DNA of 63,083 nt, counting the filler, from Folioceros fuciformis (lineage: Eukaryota), in NCBI GenBank assembly GCA_049999805.1. It is 25 parts of 25 records of this genome, joined end to end, with 100 filler letters (N's around TTAATTAATTAA, not from the genome) between each part and the next. Parts side by side here need not be neighbours in the genome. Positions count along the whole stretch, not along the records: positions 37,401 to 39,890 come from JBNGIO010000685.1; positions 39,991 to 42,789 come from JBNGIO010000686.1; positions 42,890 to 46,176 come from JBNGIO010000687.1; positions 46,277 to 48,160 come from JBNGIO010000688.1; positions 48,261 to 50,474 come from JBNGIO010000689.1; 20 more parts are not named here. One strand, 5' to 3'. Both the position numbers and the translations under genes were made by a program. Below, piece by piece: positions 37,401-48,553 of this stretch (position 1 is the first letter of the stretch; the number at the start of each line of letters is the position of its first letter). The notes beneath the pieces are model-generated. The model made no database searches, was not told where the DNA came from, and worked only from the letters and a program-made list of their open reading frames with translations.

Positions 37401-39268
37401 TGTTCCCCCTCCTCCTCTGGTTACTGAGGATGGCAACAGGCTCTCGTTCTACCCATCGTTGGGCCTCTTCTTCCGTCAACTCCTCCAGAATTGCCTCCGC
37501 GTAGCAATGGGGCAGGCCTGTCACCCACCAGCTGTAGCGGTAGAGTCCCTTGCTGGTCCTCATATGCATGCCGTAGCCCCGCGTCCCTCATGTGCCCATA
37601 CGTACATACAGAAACAGTTTAAGAACTTTGGCCCCTTCCACATAAAGACCTGGCACATAGGAAGCCACCTCCTCATACTGCAGTACAACCCGACCTTCTG
37701 CCATAAAGGAGGTGCTTACCCCTTCCTCCCTTGGACTACCATGGGCTATCTGTTCCCCATCTTTCTGGGGTACCTAAAGGTCCTTCACCCGTCTAGCTGT
37801 TGCTTCCTCCGGCTCTGTCCTTCAGGTGCGGGTCAATCTCTTGGAGCGCCTAAGCTCAAGCCTGAGGCCTTCGCTGTTTCTTCCTTGGCTCCTAGGGCTG
37901 GTCCCTCGGCTACTCTGGGCTAAGCCGGGCTACCGGTAGCCGTGGCAGCTACTCGGCTACCAGTAGTCCGCTCGATTACCGGTTCCCCTACTCGACTACA
38001 GGTAGCCTCTTCAGCTACCGAGGTCGCCATTTGACTTGGGCGCACAACCTTACCCTTCCCCTTCACTCTCTCTTTGGCTTCGTCTTGCTCCCGCTTGTAC
38101 CTGTCAGCCAGCTTCTGGGCCTGTTCCACTGCTGCTATTTCCAGCTCTTGCGCCTTGGCCATCTCCTGCTGTATCTCCAGGTTAGTCTCATGGGCCTCCC
38201 TCACCTGAGCTAGTAGGATCCCCTGATGCTCCCCTAGCGCTTGGACCTCGGCCTTCGCCTGGCGTACCTCTTCCTCAGCCTGTGCTCTCTCTTTATCCAG
38301 GATTCGCTGTCTCTGCTCCAGCTGCTGCCGCGCCGTCTCCAATTCTGCCAGTAGCCTCCGGGCTTCAGCCTCCTTCCGGTATGCCTCTGCCTCTTTCCCT
38401 CGGGCCTCGGCTTCTCGTTTTGCCTGCACACTCAGCCAGGTCAGTGCCCTAGCAGCCTGGTTCGAGATCTGCTTGGGCCTGTACCATTGCGGCAGTCAGC
38501 CTTGGCAGATCCACCTCCTGCACCTTTCCAACCGTTATCCCCCTTGCCGTAATCTACTTGCCCAGAAACTCCCTCAGCTTCTCCTAGTCTCCCACGTGCA
38601 GCCTATCCTTCTGAGGAATGCTCCTGAAGATTTCCTCCCATCCGGAAAAAGCTCCTTGCGCCGAATCGTTCCCTAATTCGCTCTCATGCCTGGGAGGAAT
38701 TAACTCGGCGACTAACGTCTGCTCTTGAGACCCCTCCAGCCCTGCTTCATCCTGCCCTTGCTCTTCCAGTCCTTGATCCATAACCCCCTGACTAGCGAGC
38801 TCCTGTTCTACCTCCTGTTCTTGTACAGCTTGCTCCTCTGTCTGACCTTCGGTTTGCTCTAGGGTTGTCTTCGGTGTCTCCGGCCTACTCCCTCCTCTCG
38901 TGCTCTACATGCTGACCCATCTCCTCTTGGCAAGGGTGTTACCTTGAGCCACTGTCCTCTTCTTAGGCCTGACAGGGACCTTCCCCTCTGAGTTGTTCCC
39001 ACTCCTCGACTCCCACCTGCTGGAGTCAGCCTTCACTGGCTTAGCAGGCTTCCATTTTACATCCCTGATTGGCCTCCACATGTGTAGTGAAGCCAACACC
39101 TCCAGTTCTAACACCAGGTTAGCATAACTATAAATATGCACTAGAAACGGGGAAATCATCGAGGGCTAAGTAGAGGACAGGGTCAAATTCTGCCTCTCCT
39201 CGTCCATCTGGGCATACAGAATTTTTCCCCAATCAATCCTGGTCCCCTTCACTACCTCATGCACAAAC
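37401..39268 (-). pseudogene. TE-associated accessory protein, copy 1 (acidic linker, coiled coil, C-terminal domain)
   Basis: Homologous to 48554-49572 over IDWGKILYA..MISPFL..WRPIRDVKWKP; cut by family A LTR at 39269. Confidence 0.7.
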
Positions 39269-39605
39269 TGTAGGGTTATTAAAGCCCAATGTGCCTAGAC
39301 TAATGTGTTTAGTCTAAGATTAGTGTCTAGTTAAGTATTATTAGTTTAGATTAGCTTAAGCTAATCTCTAGGAAGCTTCTTGTGCAGCTTCCTGTGGGCT
39401 TCTTGTGAAGCTTCCTGTGGGCTTCTTGTGAAGCTTCCTAGGGAGCTCTTCTAGAGGGTATAAATACCCCCTTGAGCTCCCTTGTATGTGTGACTCTATT
39501 GTGAGAGTGTGACCTCTCTTTCTCCTCTCCTCCTTGCCTCCTCTTCTCCTCTCCTTCACCATGTAGCTCCTAGAGCGTTCCTTCAAGTGGTATCAGAGCC
39601 AGGTT
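39269..39605 (+). mobile_element. Copia family A 5' LTR (39269-39585) + 18-nt tRNA-iMet PBS (39588-39605)
   Basis: TG..CA, TGGTATCAGAGCCAGGTT. Confidence 0.95.
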
Positions 39606-39990
39606 GTGGAACTCAAGTTGTGGAACGAGATGGTCATGTCTGCAGATGCCACAGACAAAGATCTGTGACAAAGGACATCTAGGAGGAGCACTGAACTCCG
39701 AGAGAGAGGGAGCCGGAAGCTCGAGGTGCCGGGAGTTCGAGGCACCGGGAGGGTGCTGCCATGGGCATTTACCCCGAGGCGCCATCGGCACCGGACGTGC
39801 CTAGGCCGAAGGCCCGCCTGCCGAGCGCCCCAACGGACAGCCCGCCAGCGGGTGCTCCAGGCCCCCAGTCGGAGCGGGTCGCCTGGCTAANNNNNNNNNN
39901 NNNNNNNNNNNNNNNNNNNNNNNNNNNNNNNNNNTTAATTAATTAANNNNNNNNNNNNNNNNNNNNNNNNNNNNNNNNNNNNNNNNNNNN

Positions 39991-41224
39991 GGTAGGGAAC
40001 CTACCTACGAGAGGAGGGGTAGGGAACCTACCTACGAAGGGAGCAATAGGGACCCTACCTACGAAGGGGACATCCTCACCCTATGTAGGGAAGGAACCTC
40101 AAGTTGAAGAACAAGTGGATCCCTTCCCTACCAAACCTGTAGGTGGTGGTGAAGGAATATCCCAAGAGATCCACAGAGAGGAAGGTTTAGGGTTTTCTTC
40201 TCATTGTGAGTTCTCATGCTCAGCAGAGTGTAGGAATCTCGTTGTCGGCTGTGTGCCATCACAGCGCCTGGTTGTGGCTAGAGTTGCAATGGTCACAATG
40301 CTTGGCGGAGGGCTGATATTCTTCCATGGGCACCCCTGCAAGTTGCTTCCCTTGTGAATGGTTGTTTTGCTGCTGCAGGTGTGTGGCAATATTTGTGTGA
40401 CTGTTGGCTTGAGGGTAGACTCTAGGGAAAGACCCCCTGGAAGTTCTCGCTAACAAGCACAAGCATGCAACAATCGGCCCAAGGAAAAACTTGTGGGCCG
40501 TTTTTTGGACTGTAAGTGTTTTGTGATGAATAGTGAACCAACTTTCGCAAGCCTACATGGACATCCTAGCGGAAGCGGGAGCTGCAAGTGCCCTTTGTAT
40601 TGCCGATCACAAAGGTTCTTGTGGTGTCTGGTTGGGAGTGTTGAACGTAGGGAGACTAGCAGTCGGATTGCTGTGGAAGGTGTTGTGAGGAGACTTGTGA
40701 GGAAGGGGTGTTGGATGTAGGTAGTTAGAAATCGATAGGGGAAGGTACTGGGGCCCTTCCAAGTGAAGGAATGGTGCCTTCCTACCGACTGGACGTGTTG
40801 AAGGTATGCGCTAGGGAAGGTTGAATGTCGAAGGTGAGCGATAAACACAGTTGGAGGGAGCGGAGCAGGCTCAGAGGAAAACTTGTTGGTCGTAGGGAGA
40901 CGAGCAGCTAGATTGTGGGTTGGGGAAGGTGTCGTAGGGAGCCTTGTGAGAAAAAGGTATTGAGTGTAGGGACGTAGAAATCACTAGGGGGAGGTACTAG
41001 GGCCCTTCCAAGTGAAGGAATGGTGCCTACCTACTAACTGGATGTATTGCAGGATTGGTGGGTACGTGATTGGGAGGGTTGACTATTGTAGGGGAACGAT
41101 ATACGTAGCTGACCAGGCTCAGAGGGGAGCGATTCCGGGGAAGCCTACAATGACCGTGGGATTGATGTGGCCACAATACATGTGAGTGGGTGCCTGGTAA
41201 GGATACCATACCTACTTGCCCATA
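39991..41224 (+). mobile_element. Long gypsy-type LTR (3' part) with hairpin repeats and an internal duplication
   Basis: Matches 16010-16955 and 2111-2356; U5 boxes present; ends GCCCATA. Confidence 0.72.
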
Positions 41225-41830
41225 ATAGAGTTTGTAGGAGATGTCAGGAAGAGGTTGAGAGGTCGGCTGAGAAGGATAGGAGAGGAAAGGGATCTTACAG
41301 GATGGATAGAGTTGTCTTACCTATGGGCGGAAGTGTTGCGGAGGACAAGATTGAGGCATTGACCAAGGGTTTAGTAGAGCTTGAGGTGAAGACTATTCGG
41401 AACTAAGCACCAAGGAGATCCCCATATCCTGGGAGGCACGGGGTATATTGCTCAATTTGTCAACAAGCTGGTCATACCAATAGGGAGTGTGCTAGAGCAC
41501 CAAGACATGCTGTCACTCAGGTGGAAGCTTGCATGCCAGGTGACTATTGGTATGTGGATGATTCTTACCAAGTGCAAGTTGTGACAACCCCTCACTTTCC
41601 ACAGTCATTGTGGCCATCTTACCAACCGCCACCTCCTCCTGCAATGAGGTATGGGAGACCATCTTCACCCGGATCATGGAGGCCTGATCCATCGCAAAGA
41701 CCTCTAACTGTTCCTCCAGGAGGGTGTTACAATTGTGGGATGACAGGTCATTATGCACTGGATTGTCAAGAACCGCGCTGACAGATTGGTTTCTACCATT
41801 CTGTCGGATCTATAAGGACCTAGGACATGG
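41225..41830 (+). pseudogene. Retrotransposon gag C-terminus with two CCHC knuckles
   Basis: KIEALTKGLVELEVK, CSICQQAGHTNREC, CYNCGMTGHYALDC. Confidence 0.75.
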
Positions 41831-42012
41831 TTCATAGTGGTATGGTTTGGTTTTCTTTTTCTACTTCTTTTCCCTAATTTTTTTTTCTGGTCATTTCTCT
41901 TATTTTTCTTTGTGCTAATTGGTTAATTGACCAGGAAATAGTTGGTTTGGTTATTAGAGTGGGTATAGGTTTGGTCCCAAACCTGGGAAAGTTTAGGTCC
42001 GATACCGGGCCA

Positions 42013-42395
42013 TAGGGTTATTAAAGCCCAATGTAATTAAACTAATGTGATTAGTCTAATTAAACTAATGTGATAAGTCTAATTAAACTAATGTGATTAG
42101 TCTAATTAAACTAATGTGATTAGCATAAGATTAGTGTCTAATTAAGTATCATTAGTTTAGATTAGCTTAAGCTCATTTTTAGGAAGCTTCCTACATAGCT
42201 TCCTGTGAGCTTCTTGTGAAGCTTCCTTGGGAGCTTTTCTAGAGGGTATAAATACCCTCTTGAGTTCCCTTTGCAAGGGAGGTGAGAGAGAGCTGTGAGA
42301 GACATTGTGAGACCTCTCTTTCTCCTCTCCTCCTCTCTTCCTCTCCTCTCTCCTCCTCTTCTCCTTCATCACGTGGCTCCCTTTTCGATCCTTCA
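42013..42395 (+). mobile_element. Copia family A LTR lacking its initial TG, with a 23-bp tandem expansion; no PBS
   Basis: TAGGGTTATTAAAGCCC..GATCCTTCA; AATTAAACTAATGTGATTAGTCT x4. Confidence 0.88.
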
Positions 42396-42789
42396 AGGAT
42401 CACAAGGTGTAATGACAGGTGAAGGGGCTTGCCCCTAGCTCTTAATTGTAAAGGATGTGTCTTTCTCTCGACCTGTCCACTCTTGTTCCCCGTTTGGACA
42501 AGTGCTGTAGGCCGGCCATGTTTCATGGCGTCTGGTAAGGTTGTGGGGAGGAGATATACGAGGGGGTGTGAGGGGAGTGTGTTCCCTTCTTTCTCTTCTT
42601 TGGGGTTAGTCTAGTGACTCTTGCCGAGTAGGAGGAGTCAATAGGGAAGTGTAGAAGGTAGTGGTGTCGTTGTTAGTTGTTGGTGTTGGAGTGAGAGAGC
42701 GAGTGAAGTGAGTGAGGGAAGTCGCAAATCTGAGAGGTTAGGGTCGTTGTAGTGACTGGAGTGAGTTTGTGGGCACCAAGAGAGGTGCA
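42396..42789 (+). mobile_element. Internal part of a TGTGG-type LTR
   Basis: Reverse complement of ~45750-46144. Confidence 0.78.
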
Positions 42790-42889
42790 NNNNNNNNNNN
42801 NNNNNNNNNNNNNNNNNNNNNNNNNNNNNNNNNTTAATTAATTAANNNNNNNNNNNNNNNNNNNNNNNNNNNNNNNNNNNNNNNNNNNN

Positions 42890-43121
42890 CCCCACAAGCA
42901 CACCCCACCCACTACTTTGTTTTCTCCACGGCCACGGGTTAGCTAAACGATTGTTCACTTTCTGAACTCCACCACTGCTATCTCCCGATCAGCTTATCTA
43001 ATCTAGTCCTATCTAACCTAGTTTTCTAATTACCTTTCCAAGGAATTCAATCAAAACTCAAAAAAAAACAAACAAATACTACGATTTTTCTAGGAGATCT
43101 ATCTACCATGTGATCTCCACA
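42890..43121 (-). mobile_element. 5' end of a TGTGGA-type LTR, nested insertion
   Basis: Ends CATGTGATCTCCACA, resembling 9400-9520. Confidence 0.65.
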
Positions 43122-44873
43122 AGTGGTGAGGTAGAAATCCTGTGGGAGGATTTGTTTGAACAAAGGCGAGGGAGGAGGGCTCAAGGTTGGCAGGGAAGAG
43201 GAGCGCGACGACCTGACAGGAGGCGAGCATAGCGATAGGATAGGCTAGAGTTATTGCATCTTAGAATAGTATACTGTAGGATCTGGAGAAGATGCTTTCT
43301 TGAACCTAATGCCGCTCATAATTAAGAGCGCCTGCCTATCCACAGACTCAAATTAATGGCGGCTACGGACCCGCCATCGTGTACAAGAGGTCTGTTGGTG
43401 CCTCACTGAATAGCAAGAAATTGGCATTCCAACCTGTGGAAGCCTGGCGATGGCCGCTACCGGATAGGGAGATCCGGGCAGGCGAGTGCATGCAGTGTTC
43501 CCAGGAGAAGGTATGGGCGATTTCTCTGCTCCACAACGGGTGGTATCGGGGACGAATCTGTGGGACTTCTCACCGAGTGGAAGGCAAACTTCCCTTATTC
43601 CCGGTAACCCACGTTGTGTGTCGCAATAGGAGTGAAGGGGAATGAATCCGTCGACCCGCAGAGTGGAGGGAGAACGTTCCTTCCCTTATTCCCTAGATCG
43701 ACTGAGCTGTGACTTGCGGTTGAGGTGAGGGGGACGAATTCGCCCATGAGCGGAGTGGAAGAAGGGGTGCGTGCTTCCCTTATTCCCTAACTCTTCAACT
43801 GCCCCCAAAACTACAATGTTGAGAAGTTAGTGGACGTGGAGACTGACTATGCACTGTGGCTGAGGGAGGGAAACGAATCCCCCATTGCGCGGAGTGGAGG
43901 AAGATTTCCTCCTTCTCTTATTTCACAACTGTCGGCTGCAACCCGGTCTTTGCATTGGTGTGAGTGAGTGTTTGAGACATGATTGTGTAAGAGGGAGAGA
44001 AGTGAAGAAGCGAGTGAGTCGAGACGAAGAGGAGTGAGTCACACCCGTGGCCGGGGTGAGAGAGACAAATCCGCCGACCCACGGAGTGGAGGGGAAGTTT
44101 CCCTTCCCTTATTTCCCGAACTGCTGGCTGCAGACGGGTGTGCTGTGAGACTAAGTGTTTGAGAAGAGTACTAAGGTTGAGATGAGATTGCTGGAGAATT
44201 CTTGGAGAAACCTCGGACGTTGTGGAACATTGTCAAAAGGTTGTGGTGTGAAGGATCGCTGAGAAACTGCTGGGGAATTGTGGACGCTGCTGAGGGTCAT
44301 AGACATTCGGGATCAAGTTTATGAGAAGTAACTGTACGTTGGAGATTTGGTGTGTGCTGGAAGCGCTGTGTGGGTGTGAAGAGTGAGGTGTGGCCGCCCT
44401 ACGGAACCAGTTGTCTAAGTGTGTATCTGTGAGTGAGAGAAGTGTTTAATAACCCCGACCCGCGACTAAGGGGGGTTTGGGTAGAAACCCGTGGAGGCAC
44501 CTGTGCCGGTATGTGTCAGTTAGGGCTTTGGGTGGGTCCCACCACGGTCGTGGAACCCACTGCCGGTTGTGGAAACCACCACCGGTCGTGGAAGTACTAG
44601 CGGTCGTGGAGACCCCAACCCCGGTCATAGAGTAGGGACCAGAGTCGTAGAGTAGGGTTCGTGGTAGCTAGGCTAACTGGGGGGTAGTGGTAGGGAGTAG
44701 AAGGTAGTAGAACTGGTGATAGATAGGGCCTAACCTAGGTAAGAGCCAGTTGTAGAAGAAACTTGTGTTACTTGGCACAAATCATTCCCTTGGGAGCAAA
44801 TCCCATGGCTACAACGACATAGAGGGCTTGTGTGGACCTCGTAGTGTCCTCAAACACATTATTTTCCTCCACA
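43122..44873 (+). mobile_element. Long 5' LTR region of a tRNA-Asp-primed gypsy element (left boundary uncertain)
   Basis: Ends TCCACA 3 nt before the PBS; 3' part homologous to 57145-57520. Confidence 0.7.
43532..44142 (+). ncRNA. Array of five putative structured RNA three-way-junction motifs
   Basis: Consensus GGGGA-CGAA-TCCG..CGGA-GT-GGARG..CTTCC-CTTA-TTCCC with variable but pairing stems and G-U pairs. Confidence 0.65.
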
Positions 44874-44876
44874 TTT

Positions 44877-44894
44877 TGGCGCCGTTGCCGGGGA
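44877..44894 (+). promoter_or_regulatory. Primer binding site, tRNA-Asp
   Basis: TGGCGCCGTTGCCGGGGA. Confidence 0.93.
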
Positions 44895-45043
44895 ATTTAC
44901 TGCTGTCAAGAACGTAGGTAGGAGTAACCCATAGCTTAGAGAGAGTCTAGGTAGTGGTAGCTTGATGGATGCCTCGGGTGAAGACCAGCGACTCTGAGCC
45001 TGATTGTGCATAAACACCGTTAGCAAAACGGCAACGCCAGGTA

Positions 45044-45527
45044 GTGGAGAGGTTGCAAAGGGTCGCCAGAAGGTCACAGCGGGCGAACACACCTGCTAGA
45101 CGAGGAAGACAAACAAGGAGCCAACTTGGAACTGAAGGTCAGATTTCATTTGAGTCAGATCCACAACTCTTGGGTTTGGAGGAGGTATCTTGGCCCTGGT
45201 ACCCCAATCCAAGCCCGCTGGTTGATCTCCAGTCCAGATTGCCTCGCTCAACTTCAGTCTAGACAAATTTTGTGGGTGTAGAAGTCAGTCCAAGCGCGGT
45301 AGTTGCATCTTCTACTACAAACGCTGTAAACACTACCACGGGAGCTATGACTAGCACTCCAGTTGCTGTAACCACTAAGTAGTCTTACCCATTGTGTGGG
45401 GAAAAGAAAGGGTATGAGGATCCTGACGACTTTGTCGAGCGTTTTGAGCAGCTGACCTTTGCCAACCAGGAGGCAGGGGACGCACAATGTGTTCAACTGT
45501 TCTACGGAGTTTTGCGTGGAGCCGTGG
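45044..45527 (+). pseudogene. Gypsy gag N-terminus, interrupted by an LTR insertion
   Basis: ISFESDPQLL, GEKKGYEDPDDFVERFE..QLFYGVLRG; homologous to 400-1023. Confidence 0.82.
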
Positions 45528-46176
45528 TGTGGAGGCAAAACCCCGGGCACTGATTGCCAACGGGTTACACCCTTAGTGGCCACACTTATCCCACTGTCGT
45601 TGAGACATTGGGTTTCGTTCCCACGAAGGAGCGATGGGGTTCCTTGCTGCTGTGGATGGAGGGTCGGACTTGATCGACTCGATGATGGATTCGAGGGCTC
45701 CCCTCCAGCTCCGATCAGCGTAGAACAGGCCTCGCTATTCAGCGGTCAGCTGCACCTCTCTCGGTGCCCACAAACTCACTCCAGTCACTACAACGACTCT
45801 AACCTCTCAGATCTGTGACTTCCCTCACACACTTCACTCACTCTCTCACTCCAGCACCAACACCAACAACTAACAATGACACCACTACCTTCTACACTTC
45901 CCTACTGACTCCTCCTACCCGGCAAGAGTCACTAGACTAACCCCAAACAAAAGGAAGAAGGGAACACACTCCCCTCTTGGATATCTCCCCCCTACAACCT
46001 TATCAGACGCCATGAAACATGGCCGGCCTACAACACTTGTCCAAGCAAGGAACAGGAGTGGACAGGTCGAGAGAAAGACACATCCTTTACAATCAAGAGC
46101 TAGGGGCAAGCCCCTACACCCTGGTCATTACACCTTGTGATCCTACCAGACACTATATAACCGGCAACACGCTGCC
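45528..46176 (-). mobile_element. 3' part of a TGTGG-type LTR inserted in gag
   Basis: TGTGGAGG at the breakpoint; U5 boxes at 45596-45622; matches 42396-42789. Confidence 0.78.
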
Positions 46177-46276
46177 NNNNNNNNNNNNNNNNNNNNNNNN
46201 NNNNNNNNNNNNNNNNNNNNTTAATTAATTAANNNNNNNNNNNNNNNNNNNNNNNNNNNNNNNNNNNNNNNNNNNN

Positions 46277-47295
46277 TGATTCTTACAGTGCTCCAAATTG
46301 TGCAACTTCCCAACATTAAGGTGGGCTGGTGCAATTACTCACCTCCTTCGACACGTAGGCGTGTAGAATAGCCAGCAGTCCGTGTTATCTGAACTGCTTT
46401 TGTAACCTGGGCTATTGGACACAGGTTTCGACAGTGCTATTGAGTTGTGCGTTCTTCTACGACATTTTCTGGGTGTTCATATCACCTTATTTCTTCCACG
46501 AAAGTGTGATGATTGTGGTAAGTACATGGCAGATGTCTTTGCCCTTTTCTTACAGCGTCTCCTGCATGCGAGTCCTATCTAAGGATGCTCATGCGGTGAC
46601 CATCCCAGGTTGCCCGAGGTGACAAAAGCGGAGGAGATGGTATTCCGATGCTTCTGAAGGTTCCCAGATTGTATGACCCATGGGGTGGTTACAGCATTAT
46701 AGGTTTTGGAGACATTCTTCTGCCAGGCCTGCTTGTCTCCTTCTGCCTCAGGTAAGTCACCGGCTATTATGTCGTTGCCAGTAATCGCAGAACACGCCGG
46801 ATCACAACCCTTGAAATGTCGCTGTTGCCATTTCGCAGGTATGACTGGGCAGCGAAAAAAGCCTTCACGAAAGGATACTTCTCATGGGCAATCGTGGGCT
46901 ACGGTTTCGGTAAGTCTCTACAGCACCGAAACCCCGTTCAGGTGTCACCCGGGGCTTATGAGAACCGATCCTCTTGCAGGCCTCTTCCTGACTTACGTGG
47001 CACTTAACCTCATGGACGGCAAGGGTCAACCGGCGCTTCTGTACATCGTCCCTTGCACACTCGGTAACAAACGCAACGCCTCCCTCCTCGCTTTAACCGC
47101 GGTGTGCATTCCGATCTGTTTCTACCCAGGGCTAACCGGCATTGCACGTGTGTAACGTATCTCGTAGGAACTGTGCTCTTCCTGGCATGGAGGAGGGGGG
47201 AGATGAACCTCCTCTGGAGCCAGGACGACGAAGACGTGAAAGGAGAAGGAGAACCACCTCACACGGCAGCAGTACCCGCAGTGGGTGTATCATAG
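46277..47295 (+). CDS. SPPL: Signal peptide peptidase-like aspartyl intramembrane protease, last six exons
   Basis: Exons 46277-46320, 46425-46517, 46609-46751, 46839-46909, 46980-47063, 47168-47295; [25 protein letters not shown] motifs. Confidence 0.95.
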
Positions 47296-48260
47296 TTCGC
47301 CCAAGACGTCACCCACCACGAGCTGACAATCGGGTACATAAACTCTCCCTCCTGCCTGTTGCAGACGGGACTCCAGGACAGCGGCCCCGTCCATTCATTT
47401 CTGGAATGGCCTAGGTGTTCCCAACTTGGCAGCAGTAGCGGCAGACAGTTGTGGGGAGGAGCTGTGCTTCTCTCACCCAAAACTCATGCACTTCGTACAA
47501 ATTTTTGGAGGAGTCTAGAATCCGTCTCCATCTACGGGAATGCCACGGGCGGCACACACGGTTCTAGCGCCTCCTCTTTCCCTTCACTGGTTGTCGGTTT
47601 GGGTTGGGTCACATTTATTTCGCAGTGGCACTGGACTGGAAATATCTGCAGCCTGGGGCTCCGATGAAGAACATGGACTTTGGCGGTTGCCGTCGCTTCG
47701 TCTGGATGTACCGGACGTGAGTTGAACTCGCAAACTGCGGTTCTGCAGTCCTACGCACCACCACTCGGTCACGGAAATTACCTCTTAATGACCTAATCCT
47801 GTGTTCACGCCCTGCGAGTTTCGGACGCGCACTCGTGACTTTCGTCTCACGTACACGCCCCCAAGACTCACTTCCAACTTCCCTTTCGCTTTAATGGAGC
47901 TTGCCAAATCTTCTGGAAGCAATTGTATGTACGCGTCCATTGATTAGGTGGTGAAGGCAGGCGCAGCAGGGTGAGTATACGCCTGCAGTCTGCCAGCCCG
48001 GCACTTCAGCTGGTGGGCTGTGCCTGAAACGCCTTTCAAAACGTAGGCGACAAAATGAAAGAAAAACTGCGAAAGCACGGTGATGGATCGATGTTAAGCT
48101 TTCACGGCGCAATGTCTCGCAGTTTGACCTGCGCAGGCCTACATTTAATGGTCAAGCACCNNNNNNNNNNNNNNNNNNNNNNNNNNNNNNNNNNNNNNNN
48201 NNNNTTAATTAATTAANNNNNNNNNNNNNNNNNNNNNNNNNNNNNNNNNNNNNNNNNNNN

Positions 48261-48553
48261 TGTTGAGTTATCGAGCTCTATATGAGCTAAACTCATGTGG
48301 TGTTAGTTATCCCAGTTGGGTTCATACTAGACTAGTTCTAGTTATTAGTGAACTTAGGATAGTGTAGATTATCCCATATTGAACCTGGAAGTTGTGTAGC
48401 CCTAAATGTACTACTTAAATGGAGACCTCGGACCTCCATAGTAAGACAGTGGTGATGTGTATTGTTTTCATGGTTGTGATCACCAATACCACCCTCTCTT
48501 CTCTCCTCTCCTCTCCTACACTTGCACGTAGACTGGAGTCGATCCTATTGACA
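48261..48553 (+). mobile_element. Copia family B LTR (3' or solo), no PBS
   Basis: Full TG..CA unit near-identical to the reverse complement of 56703-56995. Confidence 0.93.

Noticed and set aside
43340-43396. Group I intron R element (CACAGACT)
   Set aside because: No matching S (AAGATATAGTC), P or Q elements and no host exon
43532-44142. CRISPR array, or hammerhead/twister/HDV ribozymes
   Set aside because: Units vary internally, with no constant repeat plus spacer and no cas genes. The CUGANGA core, twister core and HDV nested pseudoknot are absent.
44877-44894. tRNA gene fragments (also the TGGTATCAGAGC sites)
   Set aside because: They include the complement of CCA and sit next to LTR ends, so they are primer binding sites
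48415-48553. Hydrophobic C-terminus (VVLVITTMKTIHITTVLL) of the 385-aa ORF as an env-like transmembrane segment
   Set aside because: It is read-through into the inserted family B LTR, not part of the native protein
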